From Lama glama (lineage: Eukaryota): a DNA stretch of 64,000 nucleotides. Numbering within the stretch: the stretch's first letter is position 1; the number at the start of each line of letters is the position of its first letter. A model generated the notes under the pieces. The model had not been told where the DNA came from. It saw only the letters and a list, made by a program, of their open reading frames with translations, and searched no databases. The stretch is from NCBI GenBank assembly GCA_028534125.1, contig CM052816.1, forward strand, positions 43,092,001 through 43,156,000, read 5' to 3'. This document shows positions 62,279 to 64,000 of this stretch, in pieces. A program made the translations under genes and the position numbers.

Positions 62279-63028
62279 GCTGACAGACCATTATTAACTG
62301 ATATCATCTCCACAGACTATGGAAGAGAAAATTCAGCCATAATGCTAATCTCTGAAAACACTAGTCTTTATCTGTGAACAGAGGGAAAATCTGTTGGTTC
62401 TTAGCTCTCCTTTAGTCATACATTGGTCACTTGGGCCTGGTTGGCAGTTTCCCTTTTGTATTTATATATATATATATAATGAGTCACAAAGTTTTACTGA
62501 TCCTTCCTTTGTGAGGACTCATTCCATCCCTTCCTTTCCATTCACTCTGCCATCACTCTAAGGAGGTAGGAATGAAAAGGCTGGGACAGACAGGCTGTTG
62601 ACAGAATAAAGGAGTTGGTGACTGTGAGAAGAAAGCAGGGAGGATTCCACTGAGGTCGAGTAGCATGGATTTATAACAGGCCCGTTGGACTTGGTGTCAA
62701 GACAGTCCTTCGGAATAGACAAAGTAAGTCTCCTCACACACTACTGCCGCTCTGTCTTTATGTGTTAACACCCTTATGAAATTGCATACACATTAAAGGC
62801 CAGGATCATGGCTTACTTCTTATCACCCTTACATCTTCACTGCCAGCACAGAGCCTAGTGGGAACAGAGTAATCTATTCTCCTGTATGTTTTTTTCCCAT
62901 CCATATAGAGCATATTTAGGACCATCACAGATATTTAAGATTTTTAGTTATACCATTATCAGCAGGTAGAAACTCTGTTATCTCTCTTCCTATTTTGTTT
63001 TTCCAATTCTTTCACTGTGACATAGAAC

Positions 63029-63153
63029 TAGGGAGACCAGGTGGCTGGGTTTTCTCTGGATAGTCCCTATGTAGATCTGTTCTCCCAATACAGTTACTAA
63101 CAATACCTTTCTTCACTCTCAAAGCTGTGTACAGTAGATTCTATGGTGACTTA
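63029..63153 (-). mobile_element. MER94-like hAT-Blackjack MITE
   Basis: 'tagggagacca…tttcttcactctcaaag…tatggtgactta'. Confidence 0.6.
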
Positions 63154-64000
63154 CAGAGTCATATATATGTATAGAAAAGTGCTAAATATGTATTAGTCTT
63201 TTAACTGTAAGTATAAAGAGCACACTTCTGTAACTACTACCCTAGCCAAGAAGTGGAACACTGCCAGCCGCTGGAAGTCTGTTTTCCAATCACAACTCTC
63301 TCTTCCTTAGAGTTAACTACTGTCCTGCTTTTAATGATAACCATTTTCCCACTTTGTAAACTAATGAAAGCTAAATTATTAAAGCCAGAAATGGCCTACA
63401 TGATTTCCTTCCAATGATTATTCTTTTATTTATTTTATATACTTTAAGTGTGGGTAATTTCATATTTATGTTACTAATAGATATCTTTGAAAGTATATTT
63501 ATAATTTAATATATGACTACATGGTTGTAAGTAATCATTCTGAAGATAAAGGTTGTGTTTTTATTATTTATCTTTTGCCCTCAGATTGAATGGGCAAGAC
63601 ACAACTCTTGGCCTCAGGAATTTGATTATCTAATAAGCAATTACAATACAAACCGTTCAGTGCAAAAATGAGAACATGCACAGGATGTGGTTGTGGGACA
63701 TTACTTAGCCTTGGGGATGATAGGGAGAATGTTCCCTCGAAGGTGATGTTTCATTTGAGTCCTGGAGATAAGTAGGAATTATGTGGGTGAAGGTGGTGGG
63801 TAAAGTAAAGGCAGAGCACACACAGGTCAGTTTCCAAACAACACCAACAAGAATAGCCCAGAGATAAGAAAAGTATGGTGCAGTTAGACTACTGCAAGTT
63901 GTTCTCTGCAATTGGAACACAGAGAGTGTTCTCTGTAGTCTCTCATGGTGGAAAAAGGGTGTCTTTTGGATCATTGTATTTTGCAGATACATTTCAAGCC

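Overview
AT-rich mammalian (eutherian) non-coding DNA. The young L1 3' ends and a MER41-type LTR resemble cetartiodactyl families. I saw no ruminant BovB/Bov-tA, pig PRE-1 or primate Alu, so a camelid is my tentative guess. I could not identify any protein-coding exon, RNA gene or CpG-island promoter. The listed ORFs are chance ORFs, degraded L1 ORF2 or Tigger transposase fragments, or artefacts spanning two round-number N gaps (500 and 100 N). A large part of the window is recognisable interspersed repeat: L1 of several ages, L2, MIR, MLT1/MLT2/LTR16-like and MER41-like LTRs, and DNA transposons (Tigger13a-like, MER53, MER58A, MER5, MER104, MADE2, MER94). Nearly all L1 pieces lie on the minus strand, which suggests an intron of a plus-strand gene (inference). 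The most interesting observations are two complementary deletion derivatives of one Tigger element in inverted orientation, a young L1 with a perfect 17-bp TSD and an odd composite tail, a solo MER41-like LTR with STAT-like motifs, and unique segments with hairpin and TF-motif clusters (~12.8, ~57.9, ~58.6 kb). I found no convincing novel biological system. Repeat names come from recalled consensus similarity, not a search, and boundaries are approximate.
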